This document shows, piece by piece, positions 21,577-30,466 of a stretch of DNA of 64,000 nucleotides. The stretch lies in IMG/VR virus record IMGVR_UViG_2806310815_000005; one strand, given 5' to 3'. Origin of the DNA: an uncultured virus (IMG/VR IMGVR_UViG_2806310815_000005) (taxonomy: Duplodnaviria > Heunggongvirae > Uroviricota > Caudoviricetes). Below the pieces are notes generated by a model, which ran no database searches, was not told the origin of the DNA, and worked only from the letters and a program-made list of their open reading frames with translations. The position numbers and the translations under genes were made by a program. Within the stretch, counting starts at the first letter, position 1. Each line of letters begins with the position of its first letter.

Positions 21577-21751
21577 AATTTAATTTTTAATTGTTGTTTT
21601 ACTTCTCTTAAATCTTTAACTAAAGAACCGTCTAAATCTTCTAATGCAAATATAGACAATTCAATTATATCTAACATTTGAACTCTCGTTAAAGTATTGT
21701 TAAACTTCTGTTTTATGTTATTGTTATCGTCTGTATAACAATTTTGATCAC

Positions 21752-22543
21752 TCATATTGGTGAATTTACTTCATTTAATATATCTTTTGAAACGTGTGTA
21801 TAGATTTCCGTAGTTTTTGAATTCTTATGCCCTAATACTAACTGTATTGTTCTTAAATTTTCTTTTGACTCAACAAGACTCGTCGCATAGCTGTGACGGA
21901 TAATATGTGGATTAATGTCTAAATACTTGTGAGATATGTTTCTTAAACTACTATAAGTGTACTTACCGCCAGTGCCTTCAAATAAAAATTGTTTTGGTTT
22001 GTACTCTTTAAAATACTCTCTTAATAAAATTAAATTATTTTTTGAAAAAGGTACATATCTATCTTTGTTAAATTTAGAATTTCTAACTAATAACAACATT
22101 CTACTTGAGTCTATATCTTCTATTTTTAAATTTAACACTTCAGATGCTCTTAAACCTGTACCAAACATCAAAGATAAGATAGCTTTATGTTTTAAATTAA
22201 CTATCTTGTTAATTTTCAGTATTAATTTTTGTTTCTCTATTACCCTTGGCAACTTTCGTTGTTTTCTAGGTCGATTAAAATCTACCTTGTTGTACTTCTT
22301 TCCTAAAACTTTAGAGTATAAGAATTTTAAACTACTTAAAACTTGATTTTGCTGAGAAACAGAAGAAAATCTATAATTCTTAATATAATTTTCAAAATCA
22401 GAAGAATTTAAATGGATGTACTGCTTCTCTATTTGACAAACAAATTCAGATATATAGTTTAAATATATACGTTGTGTATTTTCGGCGTAATTTAAAAATA
22501 TAAGTTTTTCACTACAAATCTTTATAATTTTTCTATTTTTCAT
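21752..22543 (-). CDS. Tyrosine recombinase (integron-integrase-like / XerD family), putative cassette integrase
   Basis: N-terminal SAM-like region (YAENTQRIY...SQQNQVLSSLKFLY). Catalytic R (GLRASE), K (KFNKDR), HxxR (HIIRHSYAT), LGH and Y (TTEIYTHV). Lies directly beside the cassette array. Confidence 0.9.
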   Translation of the reverse strand: MKNRKIIKICSEKLIFLNYAENTQRIYLNYISEFVCQIEKQYIHLNSSDFENYIKNYRFSSVSQQNQVLSSLKFLYSKVLGKKYNKVDFNRPRKQRKLPRVIEKQKLILKINKIVNLKHKAILSLMFGTGLRASEVLNLKIEDIDSSRMLLLVRNSKFNKDRYVPFSKNNLILLREYFKEYKPKQFLFEGTGGKYTYSSLRNISHKYLDINPHIIRHSYATSLVESKENLRTIQLVLGHKNSKTTEIYTHVSKDILNEVNSPI

Positions 22544-22574
22544 ACTCTAAAGTCTTTGTTTATAGGTGTTTAGA

Positions 22575-22604
22575 TATTAGTTATCGATATATAGTAGTTA
22601 TGCA
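22575..22604 (+). promoter_or_regulatory. Putative attI-like primary integration site
   Basis: ...tatcgatatatagtaG|TTATGCA. This G|TT core has no palindromic arm, lies 54 bp from the integrase start, and begins the first cassette. Confidence 0.6.
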
Positions 22605-22918
22605 CAAGCAAAAGAGCCTGTGCCTTCAACGTCATATCCTACCCATCTACTCACAAGAATAAATTTTACACCTTTAGGGGCTTTTTTCAACTTTCTTCTA
22701 AACGCTTTTACACTTCTACAACTTTGGTGCGAGCTATAACCTTTCTCACCTGCTTTGGGGTTTTGTTCCCATCTATTAGTATTATAATTAAACCACCATC
22801 CATTTTCAAAGGTCGTAAAGCCCATAAATCGGTAATTTATTCTTGTTCTCTTTTGTGCTTTATATTTAAGTTTCATCTTGTCTAATTTTTGCCAGATGCA
22901 TAACAAAGTGTATAGCAA
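22598..22918 (-). CDS. Cassette 1 ORF, hypothetical (probable start ATG 22876)
   Basis: ORF track; its stop codon is the reverse complement of the TTA in the G|TTA core. Confidence 0.6.
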   Translation of the reverse strand: MLYTLLCIWQKLDKMKLKYKAQKRTRINYRFMGFTTFENGWWFNYNTNRWEQNPKAGEKGYSSHQSCRSVKAFRRKLKKAPKGVKFILVSRWVGYDVEGTGSFACA

Positions 22919-22991
22919 ATAGCCTATTAATATTCAGTTCTTAATTCGTTGGTTCGTGCTTCGGCTACTTGCCATACACAAACCGTTCTAA
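22897..22991 (+). repeat. attC-like site 1
   Basis: TGCATAAC-aaa-GTGTATAGCAAATAGCC ... GGCTACTTGCCATACAC-aaacc-GTT. The left core is complementary to the cassette start GTTATGCA. Confidence 0.85.
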
Positions 22992-23027
22992 CAAATAGCA
23001 AAAATGCCTGCGCTAAGTTTGATCTAC

Positions 23028-23252
23028 TTATTTGTCTAAAGTTCCTATATGGTAAGAATCGATGTTATCAAACCAATAGTTTATCCCTTTTTCACTTAAA
23101 GTACGATCGATGTCTATTTGGCAAAGACAAGCATCGGGATTCACATCTTTATAAGCTTCGTCTCTTACCGGCTCGAACTTAAAGTGTTCTTTAAACTGTC
23201 TTGGTGTTTCAATTTCTTTTTCTCCTTCTTTTATTACTATCTTCTGGCATAT
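23028..23252 (-). CDS. Cassette 2 ORF (74 aa, ATA start or start-loss pseudogene)
   Basis: Manual translation: (ATA)CQKIVIKEGEKEIETPRQFKEHFKFEPVRDEAYKDVNPDACLCQIDIDRTLSEKGINYWFDNIDSYHIGTLDK*. There is an in-frame TAA two codons upstream of the ATA. Confidence 0.45.
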   Translation of the reverse strand: MCQKIVIKEGEKEIETPRQFKEHFKFEPVRDEAYKDVNPDACLCQIDIDRTLSEKGINYWFDNIDSYHIGTLDK

Positions 23253-23343
23253 AGTTTATCATTTTAAGTTATTACTGTTTCAGATTTTCCATACTTCCTT
23301 TTTGCGTTACACGCTTAGCCTTCGCTTATATTTTTACTACTTG

Positions 23344-23700
23344 CAAGAACTGTGTATAACAACCATACGTCTAAGGTATAAATCACTTTAATAGTCTTTT
23401 TTTGGCTGTCTCCATCTAATACCTTCCCATTCCCCGAAAACTAAATATCGTTCATTATCGTTACAAACCTTTTCAGCACTATCTCTTCTTACGTTCTTTC
23501 TTTCTCCATTAGGGTAAACTAACCAGCATTTATAATTTTCTCCTTCTGTAGATTTTAATCTTGCTCCTATTTGTAAAGCTTCTAGTATCATATTTTGATA
23601 ATCACTCATAATTCTGTTTTTAAAAGCCAAAAAAATTAATGGCTTGGTTATTAATTAATCGTTATTGTTGTAGTACGGTTGTTATACAATTCCGTTAGCA
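23344..23700 (+). repeat. attC-like site 2, expanded (about 355 bp) with an ORF in its loop
   Basis: CAAGAAC-tg-TGTATAACAACCATAC (from 23344) pairs with GTACGGTTGTTATACA-attcc-GTT (to 23696). Confidence 0.7.
23388..23630 (-). CDS. Hypothetical ORF located between the arms of attC site 2
   Basis: ORF track, 80 aa; probable start MSDYQNMILEAL. Confidence 0.55.
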   Translation of the reverse strand: MAFKNRIMSDYQNMILEALQIGARLKSTEGENYKCWLVYPNGERKNVRRDSAEKVCNDNERYLVFGEWEGIRWRQPKKDY

Positions 23701-23701
23701 A

Positions 23702-23959
23702 CTATTTGCCAATACGAATAGTATCGCCAATTTTAAAAGTCTTGTCACTATAAAATTTAAACCCTACATTATTTTCACCATCAGTAATTCTATATTCGTA
23801 TTTGCACTTTTCTTCTTCAAGTTCATATACATAGTACACTATCATTTTATCAGAGTCGGTTACTTTATCATTTGGTACTCTTGTGTCATCACAAGAAAAG
23901 AAAACAGTTGCTAACAAAGTATATAGTGTATAGCTAATAAGTGTTTTAAATCGTTTCAT
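23702..23959 (-). CDS. Cassette 3 ORF, probable lipoprotein
   Basis: Signal peptide ending VFFS-C (lipobox-like). The signal peptide is encoded by the attC3 left arm. Confidence 0.55.
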   Translation of the reverse strand: MKRFKTLISYTLYTLLATVFFSCDDTRVPNDKVTDSDKMIVYYVYELEEEKCKYEYRITDGENNVGFKFYSDKTFKIGDTIRIGK

Positions 23960-24039
23960 TTGTTTATCTATTTAAGTTATTAATAATTCAAAGTTCAAGC
24001 GTTTTTGGTCGCTACACACCATATACAACCACGTTGGCA
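23906..24039 (+). repeat. attC-like site 3
   Basis: AGTTGCTAAC-aaa-GTATATAGTGTATAGC ... GCTACACACCATATAC-aaccac-GTT. The left core is the exact complement of the cassette start GTTAGCAACT. Confidence 0.85.
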
Positions 24040-24045
24040 GTAATA

Positions 24046-24270
24046 TTAACGTCTAAACTTACCACCAACAACTTGTTCTAGTTTTCTTAAATCTTCTGGC
24101 TCTAAAACTATGGTCTGTCCGTTTTTGCTAACCGCTATTATTTGGTCGGTAAAACCAGCATATTCCTTGTTAGTTGTATTTCCGCACAGCTTCACCATAC
24201 TACTTCCAACATCACCTATAAATAATGCTTTGTTTTGTTCCGTTTCTAAGTCTATTTTATCCCAATTCAT
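24046..24270 (-). CDS. Cassette 4 ORF, hypothetical
   Basis: ORF track, 74 aa, ending 12 bp from the G|TT core. Confidence 0.6.
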   Translation of the reverse strand: MNWDKIDLETEQNKALFIGDVGSSMVKLCGNTTNKEYAGFTDQIIAVSKNGQTIVLEPEDLRKLEQVVGGKFRR

Positions 24271-24307
24271 TGTTTTATAATTTAAAAGTTTATTAATATT
24301 TACACAG

Positions 24308-24335
24308 CACTATTCATAGCTGCATCCCGTTAGTC
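24308..24335 (+). repeat. Right half of a degenerate attC-like site 4
   Basis: cactattcatagc-tgcatccc-GTTAGTC; no matching left arm or AAC core found. Confidence 0.45.
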
Positions 24336-24509
24336 GTAATAACGCCATTCAGTAATTGTATCTTTTTCTTGAGTTATTACTTCAACTGGGTATTTTATAG
24401 CCCACGTAGCACCCCACCCTTTTTGCCACTCTAATTTATATATTTTGCCATCTTCGTCAGGTAACAATGCATATAGCCCATTTCGTCCCTCAACGTACCA
24501 TATGCTCAC
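24330..24509 (-). CDS. Cassette 5 ORF (59 aa, GTG start)
   Basis: Manual translation MSIWYVEGRNGLYALLPDEDGKIYKLEWQKGWGATWAIKYPVEVITQEKDTITEWRYYD*. The stop overlaps the G|TTA core. Confidence 0.45.
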   Translation of the reverse strand: MSIWYVEGRNGLYALLPDEDGKIYKLEWQKGWGATWAIKYPVEVITQEKDTITEWRYYD

Positions 24510-24517
24510 CGTTAGGG
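24459..24517 (+). repeat. Short attC-like site 5
   Basis: AGGTAAC-aat-GCATATAG ... CCATATGC-tcacc-GTTAGGG. Confidence 0.6.
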
Positions 24518-24521
24518 TGCA

Positions 24522-24785
24522 TTAGGATATTTCAAATTGGGTTTGTGCAATCCCAAGCTCTTTAACTATCCCTAACTTTTCTTTTCTGTTTACTAAGTTT
24601 GTTGCGCTTTCCCCACTTCCGTAGGTGCAATTACTTTTCAAATCAGTTGCAGTCCATACAAAAGCACCACTACTTTTTTGATGCTTGCCTGCATTAGTTC
24701 TACGGAAGTTACTTAGTTCTAATCCTAAATCTTTTTTTATTCTTTGTTTAAGTCTTTCAAACATAATAATAACGCCACATAACAA
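24522..24785 (-). CDS. Cassette 6 ORF, hypothetical (probable start ATG 24764)
   Basis: ORF track; the upstream extension lies inside attC6. Confidence 0.6.
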   Translation of the reverse strand: MLCGVIIMFERLKQRIKKDLGLELSNFRRTNAGKHQKSSGAFVWTATDLKSNCTYGSGESATNLVNRKEKLGIVKELGIAQTQFEIS

Positions 24786-24898
24786 CGTATATAAAACATT
24801 GCTTTAGTGGTCTTTTGTTTAGTTAATTTATAATTCAATTCCTTGTGTTTATCTATTAAGTTTCGGCATACAACGTTTCATATACAAATACGTTGTAA
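24774..24898 (+). repeat. attC-like site 6
   Basis: GCCACATAAC-aac-GTATATAAAACATTG ... CAACGTTTCATATAC-aaatac-GTTGTAA; closely related to the site at 17477. Confidence 0.85.
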
Positions 24899-24907
24899 AC
24901 AATAAAA

Positions 24908-25078
24908 TTATTCAGTGCTTACAACAAAGAAGAAATGTTCATCTTCATCTCTACTTCTTACAGCTATACTATGGCTAATTATTTTATATCCTAATTTTTC
25001 TATTCTCTCTATTTCTTCTTTTAAAATGTAATGGGAGCAGTTGGGGTGTGCTTTAAATCTTATTATTCTGTCAGTCAT
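24908..25078 (-). CDS. Cassette 7 ORF (56 aa)
   Basis: Manual translation MTDRIIRFKAHPNCSHYILKEEIERIEKLGYKIISHSIAVRSRDEDEHFFFVVSTE*. Confidence 0.55.
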   Translation of the reverse strand: MTDRIIRFKAHPNCSHYILKEEIERIEKLGYKIISHSIAVRSRDEDEHFFFVVSTE

Positions 25079-25087
25079 AATTTTACA

Positions 25088-25224
25088 GTTTATAACAAGG
25101 GCTATAATTCATACCCTTGTTAGGTTTATGCTTAATTCAATATTTTTCTTTCTATTCACTTATGTACAGTTTGATAGGTTCGTGCATCTAATACGCTACG
25201 ACACCATACCACCATACGTTCAGA
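25088..25224 (+). repeat. attC-like site 7 (array end, arms poorly paired)
   Basis: ATAATTTTAcaGTTTAtAAC matches the complement of the cassette start GTTGTAAACAATAAAATTAT at 17 of 20 positions. The loop has the GGTTCGTG motif and the site ends catac-GTT. Confidence 0.65.
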
Positions 25225-25437
25225 AGAATTGACCTGCGGAAGTATCAAACAAATATACATTATCTTCTTCTACAACTATATTATCATTTGATTTTCCTAT
25301 TTCAAAAGCTCCGTGCCTATCTTCGTGACTAATCGAGTAGCCGTATTTTTTACAAACATTTTTTATATCCTCAAAAACTGTTTTAAACCTTCGCTTGTAT
25401 ATGCAAACTGTCTTTTATTATAGTCCCGATTCTTCAT
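25220..25437 (-). pseudogene. Frameshifted small ORF flanking the array
   Basis: MKNRDYNKRQFAYTSEGLKQF.. stops early. The shifted frame continues EDIKNVCKKYGYSISHEDRHGAFEIG...AGQFF*. Confidence 0.4.
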
Positions 25438-28400
25438 ACTTCTAAAAATAAGGTAATCCTTGTACCGTTTCTCCTGTTAATTTGTTTTTAATTTTAAATC
25501 CTAAGCTTTTTCCTGTTCCTCTTATTGCTGATATCCTTTCTTTTGCTGTTTTTAAAGCTTCTGTGGTGCTTTTAAAGTTTTCTTTACTGTGAGGATAACC
25601 TCTGTCATATTTGTCTCTGTCTGTGTATCTCTCTAGTATTACTTTCACCTCTCTTTAAATTTAATTATTTTCTCTTTTCTTTCTCCGCGCCAATTCCAAT
25701 TTAAAACAACGCCATCTTTAATGTCGTAGACGCTTGGTCTAGTGTAAAGATACAAAACAGCTAATAAAATTAATGTTAACATAGTGTTATTTATTAAAAT
25801 TTCTTAGGTCACTCAATGCTTGTTGGTGGCATTTCTTATACGTGTTTGTTAACTCTTCTAAATACTCCATCACTTCAGAATGCTTTAAGTTCTCAAACAA
25901 ATACATACCGTCTTGTTTTGCGGATTCGATGTGATCCTCTTTTACTAGTTCTAATAACTTATTAAACATTACTTTTTAGCTGTATTATAAATAGTTTGTA
26001 AATCTTCTCCGTAAACTGTAAACTCTTCACTGCCGTGTTGTAAAACAATAGAAACAATACCAACTCTCTCCATCTGTTTTAAAGTTTTTTTAGATAGGTT
26101 TTTATCACCATATTTAATATGTCTTTCTGTTTCTTCTCCTTTACGGCATCCTATTTTAGGTAGTTTAGGTTCTTCTTCATAAACCTTTTCAAACCATAAA
26201 TCTAAAACTCCTGCTTTTTTTAGCTTCTCTTCTCCGCTTCTACCTACTCCTAGTATTTGACCATTTTTAATAGCCGTACCAATACTATAACCCCCTTCTA
26301 TCTCTAAGACTGCATCTGCATAATCTAAACAGCTCTCTTTTAATTTATAACCTATTAGTTTTTTATCTTTTTCCATATTATCTTGTTTTAGAACATATTT
26401 CTTCATTTGTCCAAAATGGTTGGTGTTTCCAAATAACTCCGCTAAAAACAGACTCGTTATTTACATCAAATAAATTTCCACAATGTACTTTATCATCCCA
26501 TAAATATAACTGATGATAAATTTTACCGTTTATCTTTATAAATTCCATAATTCATTTGTTTTAACTTTAAACGGTTTGTCTCCGTAGCTAATTTGACACT
26601 CTTCAAATATTGTATTCAATTTATAACCAAACATCAAACCCGCGTCGAAAATATCTCCTTTGCTCTGACTGTTTAAGTTTTTCTCTTTTACTTTCCTGTT
26701 TATATATTCTACAACTTTACTTGGTGTGTATGTATGGTACCAAGTACCTTATGAATCTCTAGTTATAACAACGATATCCCGCCAATTATAATAGTAGACT
26801 GTTTTAACCATTTCTCAAATAATTTAAGTGGTTTTCAATATCCTGATCACAATTAATTACTGTATTTACCTTCCAATGCCCAAATTTGTGTTTTGCAACT
26901 GCCTCATTTCCCGCGAAATTACAGTATAAAAAACGTCTACCTTTACTGTCTCTTAATGAAATAAAAGCTGTTCCTATTGGTGTGTTAATGTAATGTGTGT
27001 GTCCAAAGTGTAATCCTTTTGTTGCTCCGAATCTGGTTAAGTCTGTTGTTTTCATCTTATTGAATGTTTAAAAAGTCTTTTAATGTGGTCTTCTATAATC
27101 TTGTTCCAATCTAGTTCATTGTAATCTTCTGAATAAGTTGTCATAATTGTTTGATTTTAAATACGTTGTAAATATAAGAATAAAAACAACAAGTAAATAC
27201 TAAAACAATGTTAATATTTAAAACTTACCTAATTACCTCAATTTAAACTGACTCTAAGGTTAGTTTTCCGTGTTTTTGAAGTAAGTGTTGTAAATTATCT
27301 AAACGTTCTTCTAACTCGCTTAAAATATACTCTACGTTACTACTATGTATGTTCCACTTTCTACTATGTTTATTTATTGTTTGATGTGCGCCAAAAAACT
27401 CGAAAAACCTATTTAAATCAAACTGTTCTTTAAATCGCATAAACAAACTGTAAAACTCTTCATAAGGTGTTTTTTCTACTTTTACATACAATTTACCAAA
27501 TACTGTATCTACTTCATCATTTTTAACGTTAAACTTTTTATAAATATTTTCTACTTCTTTATTGAATTGTTTTGCTGTCAAAACTACTTGTTTTAAATTA
27601 GTTCAATATCCCTTTGTACTCTTTCTGATGCAACACCTTCAAATACATCCATAATCCAATCTAAAGATTCTTCAATTTCGTATTCGATATCTGCATCATT
27701 GTAACCCTCTTCTCCTTCCTCAAGATTTTCTTTTTCAGTGTATTCCCCTAAATAACCTCGATCACCCATATTCCAAGTCTCCAAAGAATAAACCTCTAGT
27801 GCGTCGGGTTGCCAACTTCCTTGTGATAACCAACCACCAGAACCTAACGTGCCATCTTCTTCTACATAAATTGGTATTCTCCAACCTGTCCAAGAAAAAT
27901 CTAAGGCGTTATACAATTCTTTTTTGAGAAGTTCTCTTAAACTTTCTGTATCTATTTGTATTTTTTCTAGTGTAGTATCCATAATTCTAATCATTTATTA
28001 ACCCAATTACATAATGTTTTGTATCGTGATAGAAACTCATTGAGGTCTGTTTAATAGTGTCGTAATATTCTCCGTAAAGGCTTATCACTAATTCATTTTC
28101 TTCGGCTTCTTCAACAGCTTTTAAAATTTCCATTTGATCCTCTAAAAAAGCTATTTTACTTTCAATGTTTTCAAATTCATCTTCTAACCTGCTTATGATA
28201 TTCTCCGTTACAGTATCTTCGTTTTCTTCTGAGTAATCACATCCATAAGCTTCTGCGCTATTTTCAAATGCTGAATACATTGTTACACCTGTTCTGTACC
28301 ACAGTTGCCATCCGTCTCTTTTTTCAAAGCTTTGAATTGATAAATTGTATTTGTCTGCTAATTCCTGCGCTTGTTCAAAGGTATAAAAACCTGTTATAGC

Positions 28401-30466
28401 AAATTTTAAGTTTCTAAGATAGCCATTACTTTCTGATGTGGTTTCGATATATTCTAAACCCTCGTTTTCTGCTATCTCTCTTACTGTTAGTGTTTCTTCT
28501 GTGTACATAATATTTTAAATATAAAAGTTATCGTCAATGTTTTCTACAATATACTTGATTATGGTCTCATCGTCCTGCTCAAATATTTCTTGAGGTACGC
28601 CATAAGAAAAGCTATTATCAAATTCTTCTATTTCTTTTTGACCTTGTAAATCCTCGTTTTGAGCACTTAATAGGAAATTAAAAATAAGATCATCGACGGT
28701 CTCTGTTGATACTCCAAAAATATGCTCAACACCCTCTTTGTCTGTTGCTGTTATTGTTTTTAGTGGTAATCCTTTATATAATTTCATAATTATTTTTCTA
28801 TTTGGTATATGGATTTTATAAACAAATCTTCTACGTTGTTAAGGTTAATGCTTTCTACAGTTTTTGATTCTGCTATTTCGGAGTTGTACTTGAAAAACAA
28901 ATCTGCTTTTCTTCTTGTAGGTAGTTCTTTCCACCACTTTATTTCTTTCTCTTCCGCCTCTTTAAAAAACTCTATGTAAGGATATTCGTTTTGTTCGTAA
29001 CCTAACGCATAGTGAGTTGCTCCTATCCTTTCTAAATCGTCTAAAAGCTCTCTTAAATTTTCTAATGGTCTTATTTCAAAGTCTGCGTGAGTTGTCTCTA
29101 TTAGTTTATATTCCATTGTGTTTTTGTTTATACAAATATAAGGTTTATTGTTGGTTTGTGGTGTTAAATTATTGGTGTAAAGCTATATAAATACATTGTG
29201 GTACAATACATACAAGCCATAAATCTAACTGTTCTGCTATTTCTCTTTCATCCTCAATAGCTTCTAAAACATCCGTATCATTTAAAGAAATATAAAAATA
29301 TCTATGTTCTGTTCTATCTAAACTTTCATAAACTTCTGTAAAAGTCATATCTTCATTAAGCTCTGTATCAATAATGCTGTTTAACTCATCTACTGTTACC
29401 TCTTCAAAAGTGTTTAAAGGTTGTTTTTGTTCTGAAACCATATCTTGAATAATACCAAAATACCTGTTGCTTAAATCATCCATTTTTTATGTTTTTGGCG
29501 GGTAAAAGAAAATCTTAATTTTCTAAAAAATACCCTAAATTAACACTTTTTTCTTATTGTAAAGATACAACTTTATTTCTATAATTTTGTTAATTAAATG
29601 TTAAAACTTTTCATTTCTTCCGCTGTAAATACTACAAGCTCTAGTCTATCTTCATCATAATCCCCTAAAATATCTTCAATATGTGTATCTATTTCAGCTT
29701 GTGTAGCAAACTTTCCTGTACCTAACCATTGGTTATCATCACTCATAATAAGATAGTCCATTCTCGGCTCTATATTCAAGTCATAACAGAATAAAAGTAC
29801 TTCGTTCAGTTCTAATTGTTCTAAAGCATATTGAGTTCCGTGTTCATTTTCAACTTCCAACCCTCTTTTAGTCTTGACTAATTTAGCCATATCTAAATTA
29901 TTTAGTTGAAAACTTGCTGTTTCTGTTATAGGACTCTTTCTAATTAATTCTATATATTTTTGTTTTGTAGTCATAATATTGTTTTTATAAAGATAAGGAT
30001 TATTATTGGTTTAAGTTGTTAAGATAGTGTTAAAATATAAGGTTGTTGGGTACTAATATTCTGCCTTTTTCATACTCAACATCGTGTACTAAACTGCCAT
30101 CTCTAAAAGTCTTTGATTCTACTATTTTACCTCTATATAATTTCAAATTGTCTTTATCTCTTACTTTTTTTGGGTTATCTGCCCAAATTTGACTTTTTAA
30201 ATAAGAAATTCCATAAAAATTGATATACATAACCTTAAATATTTAAAAATTCTTCTAATGTTTTTGCTTTTAAACTTTTTTCATAACGTTTAATACCGTT
30301 TAAAACTGCTTCTAATACTTCGGTATCTTTTACGCCTTGTTTCTCGTGAAAACCAAACTTTAAATCGTTCTCTGAATAAACAGAAATACCTACATTGTAA
30401 TTGCTATCTGTTTCAACATCGTATTTATGTACTTCGTAATTGTCTATTGTAAATGCTAACATAATA

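Larger units (their letters stand above)
22598..25218 (+). mobile_element. Integron-like cassette array (about 7 cassettes)
   Basis: G|TT crossover points at 22597/8, 22985/6, 23694/5, 24033/4, 24329/30, 24511/2, 24892/3 and 25218/9. Each point after the first is preceded by an attC-like arm. Confidence 0.85.

Noticed and set aside
21752..22543. Ordinary prophage integrase or lysogeny module
   Set aside because: No adjacent repressor, excisionase or recognisable attP, no arm-binding N-terminal domain, and the neighbourhood is a cassette array. Lysogeny cannot be fully excluded.
22897..24898. attC-like palindromes as simple rho-independent terminators
   Set aside because: They have long loops, no U-tracts, conserved AAC/GTT cores and cassette-specific end complementarity, none of which a terminator explains.
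22598..25218. CRISPR array interpretation of the recurring repeats
   Set aside because: The repeats are long imperfect palindromes of variable sequence separated by whole ORFs, not identical 25-45 bp repeats with uniform spacers. No cas genes are present.
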